DNA of 64,000 nt from Trueperaceae bacterium (GCA_034520945.1 JAXHNB010000006.1:544001-608000), one strand, 5' to 3'; shown: positions 39,591-51,409, counted from the first letter of the stretch. Numbers and translations are program-made. The notes: a model not told the origin generated them from the letters alone.

Positions 39591-40516
39591 GGTTCCTCCT
39601 CCAGCGCACGGAACGTCGCGCGGATCGCTCCGAGATTCATCGTGTCGGCGCCGGCCACGGCCAGCGCGGCGTTGCCGTCGAAGGCGACCAGAACGTGCCC
39701 GGTGCCGTGTTGGACGTGCAGCCCACGAAGCGTTCCGTGCCGCGAGAGCACGCGCGCGATGGGGCCGAGCGCGCCGGCGACCCGGGCCGGGTCGGGTCCC
39801 CGACCGCGTCCTTCCGGCGGGTGCGCAGGCGCGACCCACACCCACTGCCGCACGTCGTCACGCTCGGCCAAGCGCGCGAGGATCGGTGCGGGCGGGGCGG
39901 TCCGCGTCCGCGTGGGGGGTGGGGCCGATGCAGGTGCCGCGGGGGGCGTGGCGACGGGATGCGCGACCGTTCCCGAGGGCGGCGCCGCCGGCTGCGGGCC
40001 GGCGGGCGTCGAGGTGGGACGGGGGACGGGTGGGGGATCGGTCGCGATGGGGAAGACCTGCCGGCGGGCCTCGTCCGAGGCGACGTCGGCCGGCTCCAGC
40101 TGCCAGGCCACCTCGCGGTGGGCGGGGACCGTGTCGTCGGGCCCCGGCGACGCCGGTCGGTCGACCTCCTCGGCCGCCGGGGGGCGGTCGCGGGCCGGTG
40201 CGCCGCCCTGCGCCCGCACTTCGGCGTCCAACGCCTTCAAGGAACGGCGCAGGCCGCGGCGCGGCAGCGTGCGTTCCAGGTCGCGTCGGATCGTGCCGCG
40301 CAGGAGCCGGCTCATGGTGCGAGCATCCACCGTGTCGGGCGTCGCGCCCGCCGACGCGAGGCCGCGCGCCAGGATGCCGTCCACCACGCGGGGCGACACG
40401 AGGACGCACAGGCCGTCCCGGGTCGTCTTGTAGATCGCGTTGGCCACTTGGGCTCCTCGCTGCGTGGGATCGCCCTCCGCCGCCGGGGCGAAGGACGTGC
40501 CATCGGACCGGCTCAT
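39587..40516 (-). CDS. Hypothetical protein with Pro-rich linker and C-terminal Roadblock-like domain
   Basis: N-terminus similar to that of the 939-aa protein; C-terminal LHVQHGTGHVLV...MNLGAIRATF; stop overlaps the next ATG. Confidence 0.7.
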   Translation of the reverse strand: MSRSDGTSFAPAAEGDPTQRGAQVANAIYKTTRDGLCVLVSPRVVDGILARGLASAGATPDTVDARTMSRLLRGTIRRDLERTLPRRGLRRSLKALDAEVRAQGGAPARDRPPAAEEVDRPASPGPDDTVPAHREVAWQLEPADVASDEARRQVFPIATDPPPVPRPTSTPAGPQPAAPPSGTVAHPVATPPAAPASAPPPTRTRTAPPAPILARLAERDDVRQWVWVAPAHPPEGRGRGPDPARVAGALGPIARVLSRHGTLRGLHVQHGTGHVLVAFDGNAALAVAGADTMNLGAIRATFRALEEEP

Positions 40517-40716
40517 GATAGGCCGCCATCGCGGTCCCAGCCTGTGAAAAAGGCGGCCCCACGAAGACGGGTCGACTCACCCGCCAGAGACCGGCGGGAG
40601 GGACGCCACGGTGTCGTCCTCGGCCCGGGGCCTCGACTCGGGGGCGCACGCCTCGTTCAGCGCGGCCAGGTCGCCGTCCGAGCCAAGGCTCTTGGTCCCT
40701 CCCTCGGGCCGGCGTG

Positions 40717-41673
40717 TCACGCGTGCGGCTCCAACGAGGCGACGGTGCGCCGTACCCCGTCCGCGACCGTGAACGCCGCCGGGTAGCGCATCCGCGTCGG
40801 CCCGATCAGCGTCAGCCAGCCGCCGCGCCGCGCAATGGCCAGGTCGGCCTGGATCATCGCCACGTCCTCGTCGAAGGACAGGGCCAACGGCCCGAGCGAC
40901 GGGGTGGCGTGGCGACCCGCACCGCGCTCGAAGCGTTGGGCGGCGCGACGCAGGAATGCCGGGTCGCGCGCTTCCGGTTCCTCGCACAGCAGGCTGAAGC
41001 CGTGCGAAATCACCTCGGGGGGAAGCAGTCTGGGCCAGGAGTCCGCCAGCGCGTCCAACGTACGGCCCAACTCGTCCCCCACCTGGCGCGCCCGCAGGCG
41101 CAGTGCGGTGGGCACCTCCCCGAGCGGAACCGTGAGTTGGCGCAGGGTCCGTTCGGCGTCGTCCAGCACCTCTTCGTCCGGCGCCGGGTCCAACTTCACC
41201 ACCCACTGGCGCGTCATGCCGCCCTCCAGCACCGCGACCACCAACACGCGGTCCGTGGCCAAGGGGGTGAGGTGCAGTTCGAGGGCGTGGACGCTGTCGT
41301 GCGTCGCGACCTCGAGCACGACGGCGTACCCGGACAGGTCGGCCGCAAGGCCCGCCAACACCCGCAACAGCGCGGTGCCGTGAAGCCCCTGCAAGCGCTC
41401 CAGCAGATGGCGCTGCACGCCCGTGGCGAGCGGCTGCGGGGGAAGGTGGTGGTCGGCGTAGCGCCGGAAGCCCTCCGCGGTGGGGACGCGTCCCGCCGAG
41501 GTGTGCGGCTGGTGCAGCAGGCCCTCCTCTTCCAGCACACCGAACTCGCTGCGCACGGTGGCGCTGCTCAGCCCCAGCCGCTCGGCCACGTGCGCCGACG
41601 CCACCGGCCGGGCGGTGCGGATGTACGCCTCCGCGACCAGCTCGAGGATTTGGGCCTGACGTTCGTTCACCAC
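40717..41673 (-). CDS. hrcA: Heat-inducible transcription repressor HrcA
   Basis: ERQAQIL, PVAS, SSATVRSE, QPHTSAGRVPT, IGPTRMRY. Confidence 0.9.
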   Translation of the reverse strand: MVNERQAQILELVAEAYIRTARPVASAHVAERLGLSSATVRSEFGVLEEEGLLHQPHTSAGRVPTAEGFRRYADHHLPPQPLATGVQRHLLERLQGLHGTALLRVLAGLAADLSGYAVVLEVATHDSVHALELHLTPLATDRVLVVAVLEGGMTRQWVVKLDPAPDEEVLDDAERTLRQLTVPLGEVPTALRLRARQVGDELGRTLDALADSWPRLLPPEVISHGFSLLCEEPEARDPAFLRRAAQRFERGAGRHATPSLGPLALSFDEDVAMIQADLAIARRGGWLTLIGPTRMRYPAAFTVADGVRRTVASLEPHA

Positions 41674-41705
41674 ATGCTCAGGCTACCACCCAGGAGGCGC
41701 CGTCC

Positions 41706-42182
41706 TCAGGTGCACGGACCGGTCGCCTCCGCGCGTTCGACGATGCGGGCGGCCTCACCGGGGCCGACCGGCATCACGCTGAGCCGGTTGCCGCGGCGAA
41801 GCAGAAGGAGCGAGGCCAGCTCGGGGTCGCCCCGCATCTCGGCCAGGGTGACAGTGCGTGGAAACGGGCGCAGCGGCACCAGGTCGACCAGGTACCAGCG
41901 CGGCGCGTCCCGGGTGGCGGCGGGGTCGTAGTACCGGCCCTCGGGGTCGAACTGGGTCGGGTCGGGGTAGGGCGCCGAGGCCACCTCGGCCAGGCCGACC
42001 ACGCCCGGGGGCCGGACGTTGGAATGGTAGAAGAACACGCGGTCGCCGACGCGCATCTCGTCCCGCATGTAGTTGCGGGCCTGGTAGTTCCGCACCCCGT
42101 CCCAGGCGGTGCGCCCGTCCGCCTCCAGGTGGGGGTAGCCGTACGCGTCCGGTTCGCTCTTCATGAGCCAGTGTCGCGGCAT
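41706..42182 (-). CDS. EVE domain protein (PUA-like)
   Basis: WLMKSEP, WDGVRNYQARN, FFYHSN, YPDPTQFD, RLSVMPV. Confidence 0.92.
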   Translation of the reverse strand: MPRHWLMKSEPDAYGYPHLEADGRTAWDGVRNYQARNYMRDEMRVGDRVFFYHSNVRPPGVVGLAEVASAPYPDPTQFDPEGRYYDPAATRDAPRWYLVDLVPLRPFPRTVTLAEMRGDPELASLLLLRRGNRLSVMPVGPGEAARIVERAEATGPCT

Positions 42183-42208
42183 GCCCGCAGGATCGCACGG
42201 CGCGCACG

Positions 42209-43741
<1,533 letters not shown>

Positions 43742-43755
43742 GCGGAGCTCCGGGG

Positions 43756-44934
43756 TCAGGGCACGCGGCCGGGCGCGTCGCCGGCCGGTTCGAGGAACAG
43801 GGTGACCGTCCGCGCCGCCGGCACGTCGACGTGGACGGGGTCGCTGCGGCGCTCGCCGAACACGCCCGCCAGCGCCCAACGGCCCGCCCGGTCCAGGACG
43901 ACGCGGCGTGGGGCGCGGCCCAGCCGGGTGCCGGTGGTGAGGTCCGACCCAGCGGGCGCGTCCTGCACGACGATCTCCATGGGCGGTGCGCCGGCCGGGG
44001 CGACGCGGATGTCCAGCACGTAGGACTCGGCGCTCGGCGCGGGCGTGGCCGCGTCGTCGAGCAAGGGGAGGCCGAACAGGACCAACGCCGAGGTGGCGAC
44101 GACGATCAGGCCGGCCACGCCCCACGCGACGCGAACCGTGCGGCGGTTGGTGGGCGTCCGCTCGGCCTGCGCGTCGGGGTCGTAGCGGCCGGGTTTCAGG
44201 GCCGATCGGCGTTCGCCCTCGTGGTAGACGCCGCCGGGGGGGAGGTCCTTGACGAGCGTGCCTCTCGGCGGCGTGTCGTACGGCGTGGTGGGGGTGGGCC
44301 GCTCTCCTGCGGCGGGGGGCGCGTGGGCGGCGCGCAGCGCGGCGGCCAGCGTGGTGCCGTCCTTGGCGACGTCGCGGCGGCCCGCGGCGGCGTGCACGAG
44401 GACCTCCGCCATCGCTGGGGGCACCTCGGGCGCCGCCCCCCGAAGCGCTTCGCCCAGGGCGCGGACGTCGTCGTGGGGTTCGGGCGTCCGCCCGTCCGCG
44501 TGGCGCCATGGCACCCCGAACCCTTCCAAGAGGACGTCCCCGTCGTCGCCCCGCCACACGCGGTGCGGACCCAGGTCGCCGTGCACGATGCCGGCACCGT
44601 GCAACGCCGCCAAGGCGGATGCCAGGCCGTACACCTCGGAGGGGCTCAGCGGCGGCGATGGAAGGGGCGGGGGCGCATCGGCGGGGCCGAGCGGGGCGTA
44701 GCGTCTGGGGAGCGCGGTGACCAGCCGGGTCTCGTCCGGCGACGCGCCCGGAAGGAGGGCGAGGACGGCGGGCAGGTTGGGGTGCTCCAGGCGGTCGATG
44801 GGACCGCGCGCGCGGCCGCCGAACCGGTACATGCGCACGGTGGCACCGGTCTGGCGATCGACCGCCGCCTCGATCGTCACCTCCCCGCGCCGGCCCATGA
44901 CGTGGGTCCCGCTGAACCGGTCCTCGTGGTTCAC
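43756..44934 (-). CDS. Membrane-anchored protein-kinase-like protein (probable pseudokinase) with extracellular beta domain
   Basis: [29 protein letters not shown] kinase-fold remnants; one TM; C-terminal PEGA-like LGRAP. Confidence 0.65.
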   Translation of the reverse strand: MNHEDRFSGTHVMGRRGEVTIEAAVDRQTGATVRMYRFGGRARGPIDRLEHPNLPAVLALLPGASPDETRLVTALPRRYAPLGPADAPPPLPSPPLSPSEVYGLASALAALHGAGIVHGDLGPHRVWRGDDGDVLLEGFGVPWRHADGRTPEPHDDVRALGEALRGAAPEVPPAMAEVLVHAAAGRRDVAKDGTTLAAALRAAHAPPAAGERPTPTTPYDTPPRGTLVKDLPPGGVYHEGERRSALKPGRYDPDAQAERTPTNRRTVRVAWGVAGLIVVATSALVLFGLPLLDDAATPAPSAESYVLDIRVAPAGAPPMEIVVQDAPAGSDLTTGTRLGRAPRRVVLDRAGRWALAGVFGERRSDPVHVDVPAARTVTLFLEPAGDAPGRVP

Positions 44935-45114
44935 GGCGCCGTCGCGGTCACGGGGGCGTCCAGGTCGGCGAACGGGGGCCTCACGTACGGAGCATACCCG
45001 TCGCTTCACCGGCGGACAAGGCGGGCCGTCGCCCGTCGCGTGCGTGCACGGCGCCGCCCGTCGCGTGTCGGCCACGGCGCGCGGGGCGCGCTGGCGCCCT
45101 GCTACGCTCTGCCC

Positions 45115-46167
45115 ATGGCGCTCACCGAAACGCGCGTCCTCGAGGCGCTAAAGACCGTCGACGATCCCGAGTTGCACCAGGATCTGGTGTCCCTCGGCAT
45201 GGTCGAGAACACCGTGATCGATGGCAGCACCGTGCACGTCAAGATCAACCTCACCACCCCCGCCTGTCCCATGAAGGGACGGATCGAGGCCGACGTCAAG
45301 GCCGCGTTGAACGCGCTGGAGGGCGTCGAGCGGGTGAACCTCGAGTTCGGCGCGCAGGTGCGCGACGGGGGCCAGGAGGCGCTGCCCGGCGTCAAGCACG
45401 TGATCGCCATCGGGTCCGGCAAGGGGGGCGTCGGCAAGTCCACGGTGGCGGCCAACCTCGCGGTCTCTCTGACGTTGGAGGGCGCCACCGTCGGCCTGCT
45501 GGACGCCGACATCTACGGCCCGTCGCAGGCGAAGATGTTCGCGGTCGAAGGAAAGCGTCTCATGGCGGACGATGACAAGAACATCATTCCGTTGCGCAAT
45601 CACGGCGTGAAGCTGATCTCGATCGCCAACCTCGTCGAGGACGGCCAAGCGTTGACCTGGCGCGGCCCGATCCTGCACGGCACGTTGACGCAGATGATCC
45701 AGCAGACGGTGTGGGGGGAGCTGGACTACCTGATCGTGGACCTCCCGCCCGGCACCGGCGACGTGCAGTTGTCGTTGGCGCAGTTGGCGACGGTGTCCGG
45801 CGGCGTGCTGGTCACCACCCCGCAGGAGATGTCGCTCTCGGACGTCAAACGCGCCTACACCATGATGCGCAAGACGCATATTCCGGTATTGGGCGTGATC
45901 GAGAACATGAGCTGGTACACCCTGCCGGACGGCACGCGCGACTACCTGTTCGGAGACGGCGGCGCCGGCCGCTGGGCGGAGCAGGAGCATGTCGCCCTGC
46001 TGGGACAGATCCCCATCTCGCGCGAGGTGCGGGAGAGCGGGGACGCGGGCACGCCGTTGGTGCTCAGCCACCCAGATAGCGAGCAGGCGCAGGCGCTGCG
46101 CAGTGCGGCGCGCGTGTTGGCGGGCCAGGTCTCGATTCAGGCCATGAACACCCTGCCGGTGGTGTGA
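45115..46167 (+). CDS. mrp: Mrp/ApbC/NBP35 family P-loop ATPase with N-terminal FeS_assembly_P (DUF59) domain
   Basis: VDDPEL, LTTPACP, SGKGGVGKST, DADIYGPS, WRGP, DLPPGTGD, TTPQ, ENMS. Confidence 0.93.
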   Translation: MALTETRVLEALKTVDDPELHQDLVSLGMVENTVIDGSTVHVKINLTTPACPMKGRIEADVKAALNALEGVERVNLEFGAQVRDGGQEALPGVKHVIAIGSGKGGVGKSTVAANLAVSLTLEGATVGLLDADIYGPSQAKMFAVEGKRLMADDDKNIIPLRNHGVKLISIANLVEDGQALTWRGPILHGTLTQMIQQTVWGELDYLIVDLPPGTGDVQLSLAQLATVSGGVLVTTPQEMSLSDVKRAYTMMRKTHIPVLGVIENMSWYTLPDGTRDYLFGDGGAGRWAEQEHVALLGQIPISREVRESGDAGTPLVLSHPDSEQAQALRSAARVLAGQVSIQAMNTLPVV

Positions 46168-46319
46168 ACCGGCCGCGTGCAGCGCGGAGGCGCGTGCTAG
46201 ACTCCCCAACCGGACGCGCGAACGACCGGCGCGCCCCCGCGCGGTAGACGCTCCGGCCGCCGCTTCGTCCACGTGGACGGACCCGCCCGCGCCCGGGCCG
46301 GGTCCGCAGGGAGGATCCC

Positions 46320-48953
46320 ATGCCCGACGCGCCCACGCGACGCCCGCTCACAGACCTGCCCAAGAGCTACGATCCGCTCACGGCCGAGCGCCGTTGGGTC
46401 GAACGGTGGGTGCGCGAACCGTTCCGGGCCGATCCGGACAGCGACAAGCCGCCCTTCACCGTCGTGATCCCGCCCCCCAACGTCACCGGCAACCTGCACC
46501 TCGGGCACGCCTTCGACAACACGCTGATCGACACGCTCATCCGCTGGCGCCGCATGCAGGGGTACGAGGCGCTGTACCAGCCCGGTATGGACCATGCGGG
46601 CATCAGCACACAGGTCGTGGTCGAGCGTGCCCTCGAGGCGGAGGGCACCGACCGTCGTGCCCTGGGGCGCGAGGCGTTCCTCGAGCGCGTGTGGGCGTGG
46701 AAGGAACGCTATGGCGGCATCATCGAGAACCAGCTGACCCGCCTGGGCGTCAGCGCGGACTGGACCCGGAGCCGCTTCACCATGGACGAGGGGCTCTCCC
46801 GCGCGGTGCGGAAACAGTTCGTCGAGCTGTACCACCAAGGGCACGTCTACCGGGGCGAGCGGATCGTGAACTGGGACCCGCAGAGCCGCACCACGCTGTC
46901 CGACCTCGAGGTCGACCGTGAGGAGCGCCCCGGCGAACTGGTGACGCTCCGCTACGAGCTCGACGGCGGGGGCGAGCTGCCCATCGCCACGGTGCGCCCC
47001 GAGACGATCTTCGCCGATCAGGCCGTCGCCGTGCACCCCAGCGACGAGCGCTACGCCCACCTGGCAGGGGCCCGGGTCCGGATTCCCCTCACCGACCGCT
47101 GGGTGCCGGTGATCCACGACGAGGCGGTGGAGCCCGAGTTCGGAACCGGGGCGCTCAAGATCACCCCCGCCCACGACGCGACCGACTTCGAGATCGGGGA
47201 GCGCCACGGCTTGGACCGCCCCAGCGTGATCGACCTGGACGCGCGCTTGACGGGCGAGTTGGTGCCGGCCCGCTTCCGCGGCATGGAACGGTTCGAGGCC
47301 CGGGCGGCCGTGGTGGAGGCGGCCGAGGCGGAAGGGACGTTGGCGGGCCGGGAGCCGTACACGGTGCCGATCGGCCTGTCGCAGCGGACCAAGGTCCCGG
47401 TCGAGCCGATGCTGTCGCTGCAGTGGTTCTACGACGCCTCCATCATCGCTCGGCGCGTGCTGGAGGGCCTGGACGCCCAAGAGATCCGGGTCGTGCCGGA
47501 ACGCTACGCCAAGGTGAACCGGGACTGGCTGGAGAACCTGCGGCCGTGGAACATCAGCCGGCAACTGTGGTGGGGCCACCGCATCCCCGCCTGGTACGAC
47601 GAGGACGGGGGCGTGCACGTGCCGACGCCGGACGACCCGTTCACCGACCCGACCGAGCGTCCCGAGAACGAAGGCAAGACCCTCACCCAAGATCCCGACG
47701 TGTTCGACACCTGGTTCTCCAGCAACCTGTGGCCGTTCTCGACGCTGGGGTGGCCCGACGTCGGCGACCCCTTCTACCAGCGCTTCTACCCCACCGACGT
47801 GCTGGTGACGGGGTACGACATCCTGTTCTTCTGGGTGGCCCGCATGGAGATGGCCGGGTATCACTTCACCGGCCGTGCCCCGTTCTCGCACGTGATGTTG
47901 CACGGCCTCATCCTCGACCAGGACGGCCAGAAGATGTCGAAGTCGAAGGGCAACGGCGTCGACCCGCTCGACGTGGTCGAGGAGAGCGGCGCCGACGCCC
48001 TGCGCTTCGCGATGACGTACGCCTCGACCGGTGGTCAGGACATCCGCTGGGATCCGCGGCGCGTCGACATGGGGCGCACCTTCACCAACAAGTTGTGGAA
48101 CGCCGCGCGGTTCGCCTTCCTGAACCTGGACGGGCCCGAGGACGCGGGCCCCCCCGAACGGCTGGCGGATCGCTGGATCCTGGCGCGACTGGCGCGCGCC
48201 ACGCGGACCATGACGGAGCGGATGGAGGCGTTCGACCTCGGCGGGGCCAACCGTGCCGCGTACGAGTTCGTGTGGAGCGAGTTCTGCGACTGGTACGTCG
48301 AGGCGGCCAAGCCCGCGCTGCAGGCGGGGGATCCGCGGACGCGCCACGTTCTGCGCGTCGCGCTGGAGGGCATCCTGAGGCTGTTGCATCCCCTGCTGCC
48401 CTTCGTGACCAGCGAATTGTGGGAGGCGCTGGGGCACGAGGGGCAGGTGGCATGGGCGGCCTGGCCCAGCGACCGCGAGGACGGCCGCGACGACGCTGAG
48501 GCCGAACGTGACTTTGCGCGCCTGCAGGCGGCCGTGGGGGCCGTCCGGGCGTTGCGGGCCCAGGCGGACATGCCGCCGAATCGGTCGGTGCCCGTCCACC
48601 CGGACGGAGACGCGGCCGACCTGCTGCACGGCCAGGCCGAGGTGGTGGCGGCGCTGGCCCGCGCGGAGCTCCGGACGGGAGAGCCGGCCGGCGCCAGCCT
48701 TCGCCAGGTCCTGCCCGACGTCACCTTGCGCCTGCCGCTCGAAGGCCTGATCGACGTGGATGCGTGGCGCGCCCGGCAGGAGCAGCGCTTGGAGGGCCTC
48801 CGCAAGGATCGTGACAAGAGCGCGCGCAAGCTGGACAACGAAAAGTTCGTCGCCAACGCGCCGGACGCGGTCGTCGCCGAGGAGCGCCGCCGGCTGGAGG
48901 AGGCGGACGCCATGATCGAGGGGATCGAGCGGAACCTGGCGCAGCTGGGGTGA
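46320..48953 (+). CDS. valS: Valine--tRNA ligase
   Basis: PPPNVTGNLHLGHA, DHAGI, TPAHD, WNISRQLWWGHRIP, KMSKS, FCDWYVE, C-terminal coiled-coil arm. Confidence 0.97.
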   Translation: MPDAPTRRPLTDLPKSYDPLTAERRWVERWVREPFRADPDSDKPPFTVVIPPPNVTGNLHLGHAFDNTLIDTLIRWRRMQGYEALYQPGMDHAGISTQVVVERALEAEGTDRRALGREAFLERVWAWKERYGGIIENQLTRLGVSADWTRSRFTMDEGLSRAVRKQFVELYHQGHVYRGERIVNWDPQSRTTLSDLEVDREERPGELVTLRYELDGGGELPIATVRPETIFADQAVAVHPSDERYAHLAGARVRIPLTDRWVPVIHDEAVEPEFGTGALKITPAHDATDFEIGERHGLDRPSVIDLDARLTGELVPARFRGMERFEARAAVVEAAEAEGTLAGREPYTVPIGLSQRTKVPVEPMLSLQWFYDASIIARRVLEGLDAQEIRVVPERYAKVNRDWLENLRPWNISRQLWWGHRIPAWYDEDGGVHVPTPDDPFTDPTERPENEGKTLTQDPDVFDTWFSSNLWPFSTLGWPDVGDPFYQRFYPTDVLVTGYDILFFWVARMEMAGYHFTGRAPFSHVMLHGLILDQDGQKMSKSKGNGVDPLDVVEESGADALRFAMTYASTGGQDIRWDPRRVDMGRTFTNKLWNAARFAFLNLDGPEDAGPPERLADRWILARLARATRTMTERMEAFDLGGANRAAYEFVWSEFCDWYVEAAKPALQAGDPRTRHVLRVALEGILRLLHPLLPFVTSELWEALGHEGQVAWAAWPSDREDGRDDAEAERDFARLQAAVGAVRALRAQADMPPNRSVPVHPDGDAADLLHGQAEVVAALARAELRTGEPAGASLRQVLPDVTLRLPLEGLIDVDAWRARQEQRLEGLRKDRDKSARKLDNEKFVANAPDAVVAEERRRLEEADAMIEGIERNLAQLG

Positions 48954-48980
48954 GGCCCAGGGCCGGGCGGCGGCGTCGGC

Positions 48981-50796
48981 TCAACCGTGCAACGGGAAGA
49001 ACACCGGCACCACCAGCAGCGTCGCGGCCAGCATCAGCACCACGATCGGCAGGCCGACCTTGAGGAAGTCCCGGAACCGGTAGCGACCCGGGGTCAGCAC
49101 CAGCGCGTTGACCGGCGAGGCGACCGGCGTCGCGAACGCGGTCGAGGCGGCCACGGCGATCGCCATCAGCATCGCCTCGGGCGACACGCCGAGATCGCGC
49201 GCTGCCGCGAACGCGATCGGGGCCAGCAACACGGTGGTGGCGGTGTTCGAGATGACCTGACTGAACGCGGAGGTGAGCAGGAACAGCGCCGCCATCACCA
49301 GCAGCGGCCCAGCGCCGCCCAGCGCCCCGACCAGAGCGCCGACGACCGCGTCCAGGCCACCGCTGACCTCGAGCGCCGTCGACATCGGCAGGATCGCGGC
49401 GATCAGCACCACCGACTCCCAGTGGATCGCTTCGTACGCGCCCTCCATGCTCAGCGCGCCGCTCACGACCATCGCCACGGCCGCCGCCAGCACCGCGATG
49501 GCGTTAGGCAGAAGCCCGAACGTCATCGAGATCAGCAACATCGCCAGGATCCCCAGCGCCCACGGTGCCCGGCGCGTATCGCGCGTGAACCGTTCCCACT
49601 CGCGGGGCGCGCCCACCTTGATCAGCTCGCCTTCGGCGGAGGCGACCCTGCGCTGCGCGTCGGGCCCGCCGGCCAAGAGCAGCACGTCGCCCGGCTCCAC
49701 GCGGCGGTCCGCCAAGTTGCCGTGCATGATCCGGTCGCCCCGCCGGATCGCCACCACGGTCGCGCGCGTGCGGTCGCGCAACCAATCCCTCCCGCAAGGT
49801 GCGGCGGGCGAAGGGGGAACGGGGCGGCACCACCGTTTCCATCAGCATCAGGGGGTCGGGAAGGGGCATGCGGGGTTCGTCTGCCAGGCGCGCCCCCGTC
49901 TCCGTCAGGAGCGCCTCCAGATCCTCGCGGTCGGCGATCACGGACAGCGTGTCGTGGGCGCGGACCAACGTGGACGGTTCCGCCCGTCGCACGGTTCGGC
50001 CGTCCTGCGTTTCGGTCTCGACCGCCAGCACGGTGACCCCGAAGCGGCGTCGTAGCTGCGTCTCGGCCAGCGTCCGCCCCGCCAGCGACGAGCCGAACGG
50101 CACCTCCACGGCGTGCAGGCGAGCCTGCAGCCCGTAGCTGGAGGCCAGTTCGGTCAGGCTCGGCGCCGCCTGGAGGTCGGTCTCATCGTGGGAGGGAAGC
50201 AGGTGGCGACCGATGACGACCATGTACGCGACGCCCAGCACCAGCATGGTCGCGCCCACCGGCGTGAACGCGAAGAAGGCGAACGGTTCGCGGCCCATCG
50301 CGCGTAGCTGATCGGACACCACCAGGTTGGGCGGGGTGCCGATCAGGGTGAGCATCCCCCCGAGCAGGCTGCCGAACGCCAGCGGCATCAACAGGCGCGA
50401 CGGCGCCAGGCCGGCACGGCGCGCCAGGCCCACGACGACCGGCAGCAGCACAGCGACCGTCCCGGTGGAGGAGAGGAACGCCGACAGCACGGCGCTGACC
50501 AGCATGGTGGCCACCAGCAATCGCACCGGCCCGCGCCCCGCCAATCGGCTCAGCAGGTCGCCCAGCCGATCGGCGACCCCGGTGCGGAACAGCCCGGCGC
50601 CGACCACGAACAGGCCCGCGATCATCAGCGTGATGGGTTCTGCGAACCCAGCCAGCGCCTGCGCCGGCGAAAGGATGCCGGTCACCGCCAACGCCAGCAT
50701 CGCCAGCAGCGCCACCAGGTCCAGGCGGAAACGGTCGCTCGCGAAGGCGGCGACGGTGAGCGCCAGGATGACGAACACCAGCACCGCCCCACTCAC
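48981..50796 (-). pseudogene. SLC13/DASS-like permease with TrkA-C domains, split by a +1 frameshift near 49784
   Basis: 5' ORF (SAFLSSTG, GGMLTLIGTPPN, TrkA-C) continues in another frame (second TrkA-C, ISNTAT, FATPVASPVN, YRFRDFLKVG). Confidence 0.8.
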
Positions 50797-51395
50797 GGCT
50801 CGCCCTCGCCGGGATCATTGGCCGGCGTCGCCGGCGCGGGATCACGGAGGTCCAAGCCGTTGACCGCGTTGGCCGCGGCCGTCGGCCCCTCGCGGACGAT
50901 GCGGTCGACCACGTCCGCGCCGGTCTCCGCCACCGCGCGGACGCGTTCGGCCTCGTCCTCCCGAAAGCGCGACAACACCCAGTGTTCGACCGTCCACTGC
51001 GGTGGCGGGCGGTCGATGCCGATCTTGAGGCGTGCGAATGCGGGCCCGAGTCTGTCGATCACGTCGCGAACGCCCCTCTGGCCGCCGGCCCCGCCGCCGA
51101 CGCGAACGCGCAGGCGACCGAGCGGGAGGTCGATGTCGTCGTGAATGACCAGGATTTCGGCGGGTGGGATCGAGTGCCGGGCCGCGGCCGCCTGCACGGC
51201 CTTGCCGGACAGGTTCATGAACGTGTTCGGCTTCAGCAGCCGCAGGTCGTGGGCGCGCGCTTCCGCGCCGTACCTGCGGTCACGGAACGTCGCCCCGTGC
51301 CGCTGGGCGTACGCATCCAACACGAGGAACCCGGCGTTGTGCCGGGTTCCCGCGTAGCGGGGGCCGGGGTTGCCCAGCCCCACCACCAGTCGCAC
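50793..51395 (-). CDS. pth: Peptidyl-tRNA hydrolase
   Basis: VGLGNPGPRYAGTRHNAGF, KPNTFMNLSG, HDDIDL, RLKIGI. Confidence 0.95.
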   Translation of the reverse strand: MRLVVGLGNPGPRYAGTRHNAGFLVLDAYAQRHGATFRDRRYGAEARAHDLRLLKPNTFMNLSGKAVQAAAARHSIPPAEILVIHDDIDLPLGRLRVRVGGGAGGQRGVRDVIDRLGPAFARLKIGIDRPPPQWTVEHWVLSRFREDEAERVRAVAETGADVVDRIVREGPTAAANAVNGLDLRDPAPATPANDPGEGEP

Positions 51396-51409
51396 GGAGG
51401 CGCCTCCGC

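Noticed and set aside
41706..42182. EVE domain as a modified-DNA restriction component
   Set aside because: Stand-alone EVE protein with no fused or adjacent nuclease or ATPase.
46204..46319. Possible T-box riboswitch in the valS leader
   Set aside because: The leader is only about 115 nt and lacks the GGTGGnACCGCG T-box sequence and a U-tailed terminator; only generic GC hairpins are present.
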